64,000 bases of DNA from Octopus sinensis (lineage: Eukaryota): the NCBI RefSeq assembly GCF_006345805.1, contig NC_043016.1, positions 21,824,001 to 21,888,000 of the forward strand, written 5' to 3'. The position numbers and the translations under genes were made by a program. Of this stretch, positions 49,219 to 61,898 are shown piece after piece; the first letter of the stretch is position 1; each line of letters opens with the position of its first letter. Under the pieces are notes generated by a model, which saw only the letters and a list, made by a program, of their open reading frames with translations, made no database searches and was not told the origin of the DNA.

Positions 49219-50675
49219 TAGACTTCCGATACATGGGAAATTAATTTTCCTAAATACCCTGGAGGATCCCTATAGGTAGTAATGAGTTTCTGTTGTCTAG
49301 GTGACCTAATTAGAAGAATGTTCTGAAAGTGTAGTTGCTAGAATAAGAATAGAATGAGGAAGTTCAGAGAGCTTATTTCCTCTGTTGGCACAAAAATTCT
49401 AATGAAAGACAGATTATCTGATGCTTGGTACAAACAGCATTGAAGAAGACTCATCAGCAGAGAAGGCTGTGTTGGTTTGGTCATATGATGCATTTAGATG
49501 AGGACAGCTGCTTAAAGAAGTGTTGATCACTTAAAGTGGATGGAACTTGTGGAAGACATGGTATGAAGTATTAAAGTCTGATTTCAAGCTATTTGAGTCT
49601 TATGGAGGAAATGACAAAGGACTGAAATGATTGGAATTTTGTCGTGGAAACCTATCCATAACAGCAAAATTAATATCCTAAAACCACCTTGGTTATGTGT
49701 TAATACACAGGGCCCTGTCCCTGTTCCTCTCTAACATGTTCAGCATTTCTCCTAATTTTTATCCCCTAAAATCTATCACTTCTCTCTCTATAATGCTACT
49801 CAGCTACTGTAATCACTTGAGAGCAGAACCAGCACATATTAGATCCCCTCCCTTCCAGTTACTTTTCCTCCACTCCCCACTGGAACCACTTACATTTTTC
49901 ATTATCAGCCCTGCCCATACTATTTCCTTGGACCATCTCCTTTCTCTGCCTCCAGTTATCTATCACTCACCTCAGTCATCTTTCATTTTCACACATCACA
50001 TATCTGCTACCTTTCACAGCACCTTCACATATCTGTTCTTATGCTCTACTCACTATAACCCTCTACATACTCCTATACCTTGCACATCAATCTATCTTTC
50101 CTGAGCCACTTCTATCTTCCCCACCTTACATCTCCCCATCCTTACTTCATTCACTACTACCACCATCTTTAACCATTTTAGCCATCTGTTATCCTCCCCT
50201 CACACTCTTTTGAAAGTATACACTCTCTCGTCCCCTACTGTGACCCACTGTCCATACAGTCTATCCTCTCTTATGCTCACTTTCTTGTACTTTGAGAGTT
50301 TGCTCTGGCACACAACCATCTTTATCTCTTTTTCCAACGACATTCACTCACACTTATATATAATGTGGAGTAGTCATGTATCTCCTTTATAGTAAGACAC
50401 GCAGCCCTTCAACACCTGGCATAAAGCCATCCCCCACTTTCAAATTTTCCTTTTCCATTTCTTTTTTTTTTCTTGTAAGTTACTCAGCAATCTGACTAAA
50501 AACTTTTTAGAGGCACTAAAAACTAGCCAGTAAACATTGTAAAGTGGCTGGTATTCTGTAGAAACCATGCCAAAGATGGCAATGGAACTCAGTGCAGCAC
50601 TGCAGTTTGCGGGACCCTGTCAAAATGTCTGGCCTATGTCGGAATGGAAAATAGATGTTAAATGATGATACTGCT
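49200..50675 (+). mobile_element. Old RTE remnant (ORF2 C-terminus, C/T-rich UTR, tail)
   Basis: IRIE*GSSES..RRLCWFGHMM..DEDSCLKKC; tail GATGTTAAATGATGAT. Confidence 0.65.
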
Positions 50676-50715
50676 AATAATAATACATACATACATACAT
50701 ACATACATACATACA

Positions 50716-50748
<33 letters not shown>

Positions 50749-51149
50749 GCACACACACATACATATATACATACACACATCCATTCATACATACATTGAC
50801 AATATTGAAATTGATGGGTTAAAAGAATATTGACAGAACTTAGAAATTAAAACCGTCAATAAGTTAAAATACAACTGGCCAGATATGTGGGACCATAAGT
50901 AAAAGATGGGTTCTGTTGTGGAAATCAGCTGCCCTCTAGACACTACACTATAGTTTTCTAGTTAGGCTTTGAGGCTATAATGTACCTCAGAAGAAATGTC
51001 TACAGGTGCACAGCCTATTGGCCAGAGAAACCATGAGTACAACTCATGTCATAAGATATTTTGTGACAACTCATGTCATAAGATATTTTGTGAACATAAA
51101 TAAATAATCTAATTGTCATGTTATTGATACCTGAGTATAGGGAATAAGG

Positions 51150-54100
51150 TTCAATCTAATCAATAAGAGATTAATAATAGAAGAATATACACTACTATTC
51201 CCAATGTAAGGATGGTACATGGTCAAAGAAAATCATCAATGTCAAGGTGGGATCAACAAGTTTTAACCTTACTCCGCATTCTCAATCTCATTATCAATAA
51301 GCTGTCCTAGCTTTCACTTAAAAATATTGATATTTTATGTGACTTTGATATCATCAGGCGAACCATTGTATGTAGAACATACAGCAAAATCTGACATGTT
51401 CTCTGATCTATTTAGACTAATCCTATCAATGAATATTTTGTTCTGATTTCTAATTTCCTACCATTCACTTCAAATTTGGTCATCTTCCTCAATAAGAAAG
51501 GTATATACATATCAAATTGACATTTATGAGCAAATAATAATAACCTTTTCCTATTGACTTTTCCTATTGAAATAGTGTCTTTTTTAAAAAGAGGACTGGT
51601 ATGTACTAAACGATGTGCTCTTTCCAATGTTCTCAAGAACATTTTTGATAAATAAAATTTTGTTTATAAAATAATTGTGTTTATTGCATCATACCACATT
51701 TGAATAAATCAACGTCAGATATATTACTGGTCTATCAAGAGAAAGTAGTGCTCTATAATTTACATAAGGTCTAATCTTGAACACAATACCCATGAGACAG
51801 AACAATCTTATATTGACATCCCCTATATGATTTTTCCAGTGTAGATCTTCCTTTATTGTTATACCCAAAAGCTCAACACAGTCTACCCTCTAAAGAGCAG
51901 AATTATTCATCATCAATCCATCGAGCATCTTTAGGACATTTTTTTACATACAGGTTTGAATACAATGCAATTAGTTTTACAAGCATTCAAGAAAAATCTA
52001 TTAATGATAAACCACCATGTGATATCATTCAATTCATTATTCATAATTTCAGTGATTTCTTCCAAAGAGTTTCTTCTCACATAAACACTGGTATTTTCTG
52101 AAAACATTAACATTTTTCACTTTTCATTGAAAAGATCATTTACATATATTAGAAACAGTGTTGGTCCAAGGATTGATCCCTGTAGTATCCCAATACTTAT
52201 GTTGCCAACAGACAATATTTCTTCCATAAAAGATACACATTGCTTTCTGTTTTGTAGATAGCCTCTGAATAAATCCAATTACCTTCCTTTTATTTCAATT
52301 TTTGTAACAATATATCATGACTAACTGTATCAAAAGCTTTGCTCATGTCCATGAAGGTGCCTAGGTTAAACTCATTTTCTCAGTAGATTTGTATAAATTA
52401 TTCATCAAACATCCTAATGCTAATTCAGTGCTAGAACCTTTCCTAAAACCAAATTGGTTTTCCATTTAAGACGCTCTTTTTTTTTTCTCTTACCAATTTT
52501 GAACCCATTTATTGTTATCGTCAAGATACTTCATAAGTCTTTTCTCAATTATTTTCTCAAGAGGTATAAGATTGAATTGGGTCTGTACTTTAACATGACA
52601 TTTTCATTTTTCTTTTTAAAAACAGGAATTATTTTTGCATTGGCCATTTCTTGAGGAAATTTACTGATTTTGATACATTGGTTAAAAATTGTAGTTAATG
52701 GGTTGATGATAAGATCAAATGTTATAATTATATATATTTCTGGAAATACCATAAATACTGGCAGATTCTATTTTTTTGTTCTTAATGATTCCACTTCAGC
52801 TTCATCAATAGGGGACATATGAGTGCACTGCTATCATGGAGCTAAATGAGTTCTGATTCCCTTTAGGAATAGGAAATTATTTTTGTAACTTTTCTCTTGC
52901 CATTATAATATAATTATTGAATGCATTGGTTATTTCTATTTTAGTTTTACTTCTTAAATAATTTAAAGTTTCCCAATAATTTTAGAGCTTTTCTCAAATA
53001 AATTTGTGTTGTACTGATTTTTAGCCATTCTTAAGTAACTTTTGAGTATTTTATCACAACTTTTATAATAATTATGTTGCACTGTGTTCTCAAATTTGCT
53101 CTCATAATAGTTTCTGTAAAGATGATTTCTGGACTTTATTGATCATAAGATTTTTGATTACCGGGGTGAGTTCCCTATTTTTCACTAGAAACAGCTTCTT
53201 AGTTTGAAAACATGAATCAATTGCCAATTTTATTGCTTTTATAAATTCAATATAATTTACATCTGGATCAAAGCAACTATTAACAAAGCCAAAGTCATAT
53301 TGTTTTTTGAATTCTCTGAACCTACTCTCACAATCATTATCTATTTGTTTATATATAAATATATTTCTTGTTTGTACCATTATCTTCTGATTGCCCATTA
53401 CTAGTTATTGAGAATATCAGAATGTAGTTAGATACTTCAAAAATAATTGTACCTCAAGGTTAAATAAATCATTGCCAAAAATGTCTATTACGTGCTGCTA
53501 TTTTTATTTTCTTGTGTTCTTAGATCACTACATATTTGAGGGAAGAATGGATTACTCTTCAATGCTTCCAAATGCTGATATTTAACACCATCATCATCAT
53601 CATTGTTTAACGTCCACTTTCCATGCTAGCATGGGTTGGACAATTGACTGAGGGCTGACGAACCAGATGGCTGCACCAGGCCTCAATCTTGATCTGGCAG
53701 AGTTTCTACAGCTGGATGCCCTTCCTATCACCAACCACTCTGAGAGTGTAGTGGGTGCTTTTACATACCACCGGCACGGGGCCAGTCAGGCAGTACTGGC
53801 AACAACCTCGCTCGAATCCTTTACACATGCCACTGGCACAGGTGCCAGTAAGGCGATGCTGGTAACGATCACGCTCGAACGGTGTCTTTTACGTGCCACC
53901 AGCATGGAGGCCAGATAGCTGCTCTGGCAATGATCACGCTTGGATGGTGCTCTTAATACTCTACTAGCACGGGGCTCAAGTGCCAGTAAGGTGACACTGG
54001 TAGTGATCACGCTCAAATGGTGCCTCTTAAGTGCCACTGGCACGTAAGCCGGTTAGTTGCTCTGTCAATAATCATGCTCGTATGGTGCTCTTTGCACCCT

Positions 54101-55715
54101 GCTACCACAGGAGCCAGTCATCGAATTTGATTTTGATTTCACTTGCCTCAACAGGTCTTTGCAAGCAGAGTTTTAGTGTCCAAAGAAGGAAAAGGTACAC
54201 ATAAGTGGGATGGTTATGCCCCTGGCATAGGCCACCAATATTATTTATATTGTCATCTGCCAGATTTATGTTATACTCACCAGTAATGAAACAAGGCTTG
54301 TTTTTCATTGCTATTTTGTGTAAAATGGAATTAAATTTAATGAGAAAATCATTTAAACTTTTGTCTGGGGTTCTATAAATTGATCTAACAATAACTCTCT
54401 TCTTGATCCCAAACTTTTCGTGTAACATCTCTAAAAGCAAAGTTGCATGATAACTCAAAAGTCAGTCTTTGGATATTTTGATGTCATCAATTTTGTTACA
54501 AATATAAATTCCTACTCTTCCTCCTTCATAGTCTAGATTTGCAAAGAATTTGTACCTGTTAATATTGAAAATATTTTCATTGTGATTTTTTTCTTGTTCA
54601 CATCTCTGTAACACAAATAACTGAGTATTGAATTTTTAAGGTTTTCATCAAAAAATTTAGCACATCATAATTTGCAATCAGGCTGCAAAATGTTGATGTG
54701 TGAAACAGAAAAAATCATGCATTTGAAACTGAATTTATTATTGAACTCATTGATTGAATATTCTTCACATTTAGCTTTTTATTGATTTGTAAATTTTATT
54801 GAGTTGTAAATATCATGAATAACGTCAAGTACATCCCTATTCATGTTTCTGTGTTATGCTTAACTTTCTCTATTTTGGTAACATAAGATGGACATTTCGA
54901 ATTGTGAGAAATGTGATCAAAATTTTTGTATAGTTTATGGTAATTTATACAGATTGACTTTTGTTTGTTAGTGCACACTGTAAAAGGGTGTTGTCTTTGC
55001 CCAATGACCACACATATCATTGTTCTTGCAAATAGATGAGCAATGACTGAATTGTTGGTATTTGTGCCATTGTAAAACTTAATAATATAGCAACTTCCCA
55101 AACCAATAAAGGTCCTACCATTTTGCATTATTTGGTTTGCAAGCTTTGCTGAACATTTAAGAACACAATAACTCTGATTTTGTCTTAATGTATGATTTGA
55201 AGGGGATGCTCCTCATCTGTCATTAATTCAACCAGATCATGGTTTTTTTTTTTCTCATATCATACTTATAATGTTTACCTTTGTGACATCAGCATCAAAG
55301 TGTTGTAACATCAATTTTGGTCAAAGTTTTTCTGTATGTTTTAGAGAACTGATCTTTTGTTGATGCATCAAGAGCATTATTTCTATCTTTGTCCGAAGAG
55401 AAATTTACAAGTATAGTTCCATTTGGAACTTTGACATTTTTCCTTAGCTGTGTTGTCAGAAGTTTTCATAAATAATATTGATAAGGATGACATCTTTTTA
55501 GTTAATGTTTTTCACCCTCAATCATAGCTTCAATATAAGTTGTTTTTTTCTTAATTACATAAGATACAACCTCATTCATTTGATTCATTTTCACTTTTAA
55601 ATTCAAAATCTCTTACATGAGTTTTTCTTCTTTCAACAATTTTCTAATGAGAGTTGGTTTTGTTTTCCTACTTAATTCTTGTTCTGTCATTGCATGTATC
55701 TTGTTGCTGTCTATT
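51150..55715 (-). mobile_element. CR1/L2-group LINE, near full length (ORF1 with Cys/His knuckles, APE, RT), decayed
   Basis: RSIYRTPD..CFITGEYNINL (APE); KFPQEMANAKIIPVFKK..KYRP; FMDMSKAFDTVSHDILL; GIPQGSILGPTLFLIYVNDL; FLNACKTNCIVF. Confidence 0.82.
53590..54235 (-). mobile_element. RTE 3' UTR and tail nested in the CR1-like LINE
   Basis: Reverse complement of 12750-13337. Confidence 0.85.
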
Positions 55716-56019
55716 CTCATCTTTTAAAATATTAAACAGAAATATTAATTTCAAAAGTAAGGAACATACAAATGTTAATACCAATGTTTCCACATTTTTA
55801 AATAAAAATAATGATAAACAATAAGTTTGACAAGTTTGATAAAACTATTCACCCTTGTGTCTGTAGCAGGAATATTCAGCAATCAGATCATTACACTCAA
55901 TGTCACAATTTGCTAGAATGTTACCCATGTGATAAAAAGAAAATATCTAACCAATCATGACTTCCAGCAACAATTCCATATTTTCATGCCCTTCTCTCTG
56001 AACTTATCCAGCACTATAG

Positions 56020-56185
56020 ATTTAGCACACTTTGTGGTTAGAAGCTTGCTTTCCAACCACATGGTTTTGGGTTCAGTCCCACAGGTGTGGAATCTTGGGC
56101 AACCCTTTTCCACAATAGCCTTGGGCTGACCAAAGCCTTGTGAGTGGATTTGGTAGACAGAAACTGAAAGAAGCCTGCCATGTGT
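56020..56185 (+). mobile_element. SINE 5' head fragment
   Basis: CCAACCACATGGTTTTGGGTTCAGTCCCAC...CCAAAGCCTTGTGAGTGGATTTGGTAGAC. Confidence 0.8.
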
Positions 56186-56259
56186 GTGTGTGTGTGTGTG
56201 TGATGTAGGATCAATGGCCAGCATATCAAAAAATACCTTTAAAGGTTAAATTTATAAAA

Positions 56260-56649
56260 ATAATTTACAAAATAAGGGCAAAAGAAAAATTCTAATGCCA
56301 AATATGCCAAATAAAGACAAAATTGTCAATAACCATTATAATTTATGCGTCTTGAAACAAACCGATAGAAATTTCTAAAAAATCCGTTATTACCGTATTG
56401 GTCCCAATTTCGGGGTTGCTTTTTCCATGGGTATGAGTAAGTATTTCACTTATATCTCACATATTTATCGCTGAAGAGGGGAAAATTCTTATGAATTAGC
56501 CCCGAAATTGGAACCAATACGGTAATAACGGATTTTTTAGAAATTTCTATCGGTTTGTTTTGAGACGCATAAATTATAATGGTTATTTACAATTTTGTCG
56601 TTTTTTCAGCATATTTGGCATTAGAATTTTTCTTTTGCCCTTATTTTGT

Positions 56650-56656
<7 letters not shown>
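56260..56656. mobile_element. Fold-back element (~156-bp arms, 84-nt spacer), probable inverted Penelope pseudo-LTR pair
   Basis: Arms 56260-56415 and 56500-56656 are near-perfect reverse complements. Contains a hammerhead. Confidence 0.8.
56465..56525 (+). ncRNA. Type I hammerhead ribozyme (structurally complete)
   Basis: Stem I TTATCG/CGGTAA; CTGAAGA 56471-56477; stem II GGGG/CCCC; GAAA 56504-56507; stem III TTGG-AA-CCAA; AUA triplet, predicted cleavage after 56519. Confidence 0.8.
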
Positions 56657-56686
<30 letters not shown>

Positions 56687-57173
56687 ATATATATATTATA
56701 ATAAGATTAGCTCGTATGAGTGGGTATATATTTGTGAAAAATGAAGTTCGAAAATGCTGCTATATTAGACAAATTTTTAATTTTTATATATACATTATTT
56801 ATTTAACATGTTTCGGTTCTTGAAATGATGAACCTTATCAAAAAAGATTATATATAAAGAAGATAGTTCATGCTATCAAATATAAAAAATTCATATATAA
56901 TATATAATAGAGTCAGACATCAAAAGTTCATATATAGTGAAGTGAGTTCATGCTATATGTTTAAAGAGTATGATGCAGTGGTTCATAGTGGTGATATGTA
57001 TTCAATATAAAAAATAGTTCATAGTGGTGATGTGCAGTCAATATAAAAAATTGATGTTCTTGAAAAAGCGAGGAATTCATTTTAGATTTTACCTTGAGTA
57101 ACTGTGATGACTTTTGGTTGGTGTCCGCTGGACAGTTCTGGCGAACCTTGTGAATTGTTTGGGTTTTATATCA

Positions 57174-57590
57174 CCTGTTAGGTGGCCAGTACAGCGGAAC
57201 GTGATGTCATCAATGTTTTGACCAATCGTTTCGTTAGGTGGCTAGTCAAGCAGAACGGGACGTCATCAATATTCTGACCAATCCCGACCTATAGCTGTAT
57301 TAGATCTGCCCTTTGTCTGTATCCTGTTAGGTGGCTAGTCAAGCAGAACGGGACATCATCAATATTCTGACCAATCCCGACCTATAGCTGTATTAGATCT
57401 GCCCATTGTCTGTATCCTGCTAGGTGGCCAGTCCAGCGTAACGGGACGTCATCACTGTTTTGACCAATCATCCCGTTAGGTGGCCAGTCTAGCAGAACGA
57501 GACGTCATCAATGTGTTGACCAATCCGAATCGGGTCTGACCCTTAGCTGTATCGTATGTGGCCAGTCCATCAGGATTAGATCTGTTCGAA
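57174..57590 (-). repeat. Tandem array of five full ~50-bp units plus one partial unit in the Penelope 3' UTR
   Basis: GTTAGGTGGCYAGT...AACGGGACGTCATCA...TGACCAATC at ~57177, 57233, 57326, 57419 and 57475. Confidence 0.9.
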
Positions 57591-57713
57591 GAGATCTTTT
57601 TATAAATTTTTTCCCTTTTCCCTAAGACATATTTCCGTCAGTGTGAGTGACTGTTTAAGGTAGCGGCTGTGGTGGAATTTTGCTTCTCCTTTTCGGAGGA
57701 CCAATCTTTTGTT

Positions 57714-58244
57714 TTAATATTCCTGGCCCAGGGTGTTTAAACTTGGTCTAAATTTTTTGATGAAATACAGTTCTTTATTTTGGCGTTGTGTGAAGGTTGC
57801 ATTGTCACTGAATTTATAAAGCGGGTAAGTTGTAAATTTCGGATTTACATTTCCAGCACATCTATCTATGTGTCCGCTGACCGGTATTTTCCAGTATTCA
57901 GGGTTTCTAATTTGTGATTTATGTACCGCCATCCTGTTACGTAAGCTATTTTTTGTTTGGCCTATATACTGCCTATTGCAGCCTGCGCATGTTATGACGT
58001 AAATTAAGTTTTCTGATGCGCAGGTGAAGTTTGCTCTAATGGTGAACTGGTGGCCTTGTTCTAGTATAAATTCTGAACCTTCTATCAAGATGACACAGAT
58101 TCCGCAGTTGGGCCTTCCACATTTTCTAACTGCTGGTTTTGTGGTTGATGTTGAGTGCAGTTTAGCTTGGGTTAAAATCCTTTTCAAGGATTTTGGTTGC
58201 CGTTTACTTTTAATGATGGTGTGTGTTTCGAGGATCCGGTTCAT
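57714..58244 (-). pseudogene. GIY-YIG endonuclease domain of the Penelope ORF (open segment)
   Basis: 176-aa ORF with GIY-YIG motifs; frameshifted from the upstream RT. Confidence 0.88.
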
Positions 58245-59744
58245 CTTTGGGTCTCCCTTTAGTAGGGCTGTGCTTGTAGTATGGTGCTGAAGGCCTCATT
58301 GTTGAGTGGGTTGTGTGTAGAGATGTAGGGAAGGGTTTTAATTGTTCTTTCTTTTTTGGTTTTTTTTTGTCTCAGGTCTTCTATACTTAATTTGAGTGCC
58401 CTTGGATTGCACTGTCTATTAGGGGCTGTGGATAGTTCTATTTGTGAGTGTGGTTCTAAGTTCCTGGAGACGTGTGTGTCGGGTGTTTGTGTCTGATATT
58501 ATGGTGCAGATCCTTCTAGCTAAACAAAAAGGGACATTTATTCTAGTGTGTCGTGGGTGGCATGAATCAAAGGGTAGGTATTGTTTGGAGTCTATCGGTT
58601 TATAGTAGATATCTGTCTCTTTTCTTGCCGGTTTTCTTAATGAGGATGTCTAAAAATGGTAATTCTTTTTCGTTGTGATCCATCGTGAATTGTACATTAT
58701 CATTTATTCCATTTAATAGTATTTTAAATTCCTCAAGTTTCTCTATACCTTTGTCCCAGATGATGAAACAGTCATCGAGGTATCTTTTCCAGTTGTTATG
58801 GATATAGGTGGCGAAGGTGTTTCCAGATTTCTCGAGTGTTATCTGGTAGAGTATTTTCTCGAGGTATCCCATCACTAGGTTGGCAAAAGATGGTGCAGTA
58901 CGCGTGCCCATTGCTGTTCCCGATCTTTGTCTGTAGAAATTATTGTCAAAAATAAAGTAATTGTTCTCTAAAATAAATCTAAGTCCTTCTATTATAAGGT
59001 CTTTGTTTATGCGAGTTGGGAGTTGTGGCTCTTAGGTTCGTGAAAGTGTGGGGTGTGTTTTAAATGTATTTTTCTGGTGTAGAGTGTGTTTGGATTTCTT
59101 GGTGGTTGTTCTGTTCTGTTGGTATATCTATTTTCGAACTGGTGTGGTGGGCCTCTGTAGGTGTTTTGGGGTTGGTGTAGGTAGTGTGGGGTGTGTTTTA
59201 AGTGTATTTTTCTGGTGTAGAGTGTGTTAGGATTTCTTGGTGGTTGTTCCATTCTGTTGGTATTTGGTTTTGATTTACTTAATTTTATGAAGGGGTTGTT
59301 GGATATGTGTTCATTTTTGAAGTTGGTTTCATAATCTAAAAACCAGATGGTGCTCTTTTCCCATCGTTGGAGGGACTTAAGTTCCTCTTTTTCACATTCT
59401 TCATTCCATAGTGCTGGTAATGTTTCAGTATTGATGTCGTCTATTAGTTTGATGACTTCTTCGTTGATTTCCTCGTCTATGGTTTTTACTTTTCCTTCAT
59501 TCGTCTTAGCTCTCAGCTTGAGTAGTTCTATTTCCATCTTCATTTTTTCTAATGACATTTTTTCTCTAAGTTTTCTTTGTTCTTCTGGTTCTTCTGAGAT
59601 GGGCTTGATTTGTAATTTGCGGGGTATGACTAGGGGTGTTGAGTCTAGCTATTTTTGGTAAATCTCTGCTTTATTCTGATTTTGTATCATTTTCCAAAAA
59701 GCGAATTTTCTGTTTCGCTGTAGTGTATATATATATATATATAT

Positions 59745-60420
59745 ATAAACCAAAAGAGAAGATGGAGATAAGATTAATAAAAATTTATTAATACATTGAC
59801 AATACCTACAATTGTTTCAATTCATTGCTTATAGTATAAAATCAATCAAATTTAGCTTAACCCTTTAGCATTTAAGCTGGCCTTATCTGGCCCAAATATT
59901 CTACCTGTTTTCTGTTCAATATGATGAGACATGGCCTTTCACACCTACCCTACAATGTCATTCTAAAAATAAATATTCACATCATCAAAATCGTGAAAAG
60001 TGAGATAATGCATGATTAATTCAAAACAATGTGAATAAATAAGCATTACATTTGACAGAATAATCTGAAAGCTAAAGGGTTAATTAAATCTATTTGGTTA
60101 ATTATTACAAGCTAGAATATCATCATGAAAGAATGTACAAAGAAATTTATATATATCAAATTGAAAACATAATGAAAAACATTAAATAATCAAACAGGAA
60201 AAATACAGTGTACCATTAAAATTAATACATAATATGAAAATATATGCAATTATAAAAATAGTTATTGTCATATATTAATATAAATAACAATAATGTTAAT
60301 GCAGACATAACCATGCAAAAATATGATAAAATGTGATATATAAAAAGAAAAGATTGACAGGTTGTTAAATTATGGAAGTAGAGAAGTAAAGTCATTAGGT
60401 ATTTCCTATTTATATATATA
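59745..60420 (-). mobile_element. Second copy of the 35785 repeat family, interrupted by a piggyBac-type MITE
   Basis: Colinear similarity to 35785-36160 on both sides of the insertion. Confidence 0.75.
59861..60079. mobile_element. piggyBac-type MITE
   Basis: TTAA|CCCTTTAGC ... GCTAAAGGG|TTAA. Confidence 0.88.
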
Positions 60421-61230
60421 TACATACACATACACATGTACACACACTCACACACACTCATATACATACACAGATATAAAACTAAGTATGGTTAATTTAC
60501 TAAATTAATTAAATTTATTAAAATCATCAATTAATTAGAAGATAAAGGGTGAATATATGAAGATTTAAGTGATACTATAATATTTAGAAAGATTTAAGAG
60601 AAAATAGAAAAATGGTCAATATGAGTTAATGCACAAATGCACTACCATAGAAAGGCTCAAATAAAAGAAGAGAGGCATACACAACAAAAAGTATATGGTA
60701 AATTATCAAGAAATGTTTAGAATAAATGAAGCTAAGATAGAGGATAATTAAGGAAAAAAAACTATTCTTACACGTACCTGTTAAATATTAAAAAGCTAGC
60801 TATATATACCTATATATTCGTAAATTTTCATATTACCCTGCATATACATGCATACACACTTACATACTTATACATTAACATATATGCACATACACACAGA
60901 CACATACATATATATACATGAACATAAATACACATATGCACAGACACACATCTAAACATATATACACACAAACCCATACACACACATATACATACACCTA
61001 TATATATATATATATGTATAAATATATAAACATATATGCATACACACATATACCCGCATACGATAGACAAATATTTTTACACATAAATAGCTACTCCCAC
61101 ATATAAAATCATAGGCATATATATATATGCATATATACACATCATATGCACATACACACACTTAACCACTAATACATATACATTAATATGCCATACATAC
61201 ACATAAACACTGATAGGTACTTTTACATTT

Positions 61231-61648
61231 TTTACTTGTTTCAGTCATTTGACTGTGGCCATGCTGGAGCACTGCCTTTAGTCAAGCAAATCAACCTCAG
61301 GGCTTATTCTTTGTAAGCCTAGTACTTATTATATTGGTCTCTTTTGCCGAACTGCTAAGTTACAGGCACAGAAACACATAATCATTGTGTTTATGTGGGA
61401 TGTTGAAGGGACAAACACAGACACACAAACACAGACACACAAACACAGACACACACACAAACACAGACACATAAATATATGTGTATATATATATATATAT
61501 TATATATATATATATATATATGACAGGCTTCTTTCAGTTTCCATCTACCATAAGTAGAAGACACTTACTCAAAGTGCCACATAGTGGGACTGAACCCGGA
61601 ATCATGTGGTTGGTAAGCAAGCTACTTACCACACAGCCACTCCTGTGT
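61231..61648 (-). mobile_element. Octopus-type tRNA-derived SINE, complete
   Basis: Head, central microsatellite and tail all present. Confidence 0.85.
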
Positions 61649-61695
61649 CTAGATAAATATCCACAAATATAAAAATATATAAACATAGAAACATA

Positions 61696-61842
61696 GGCAC
61701 AGGCATGGCTGTGTGATAAGGAGTTTGATTCTTAACCTCATGGTTCTGTGTTCAGTCCTGCTGCATGTCTTCTACTATAGCTTTGAGCCAACCATAGCCT
61801 TGTGAGTGGATTTGGTAGACAGAAACTGAGAGAAGCCCATTG

Positions 61843-61898
<56 letters not shown>

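Larger units (their letters stand above)
56700..59720 (-). mobile_element. Penelope-like element (Neptune-type Cys linker), internally deleted
   Basis: GTAMGTRTAPSFANL..WKRYLDDCF..LPFLDI (RT); CGRPNCGIC linker; NLIYVITC..C.RQYIGQT...R...H (GIY-YIG). N-terminal RT motifs are missing near 59000; frameshifts present. Confidence 0.93.

Noticed and set aside
51034-51093. 27-bp tandem duplication and nearby splice-like sites
   Set aside because: All frames of the implied longer exon contain stops; most likely simple slippage.
57174-57590. Repeat-spacer pattern suggesting CRISPR
   Set aside because: Spacers are duplicated rather than unique, repeats are ~50 bp and degenerate, and the array lies inside a Penelope element.
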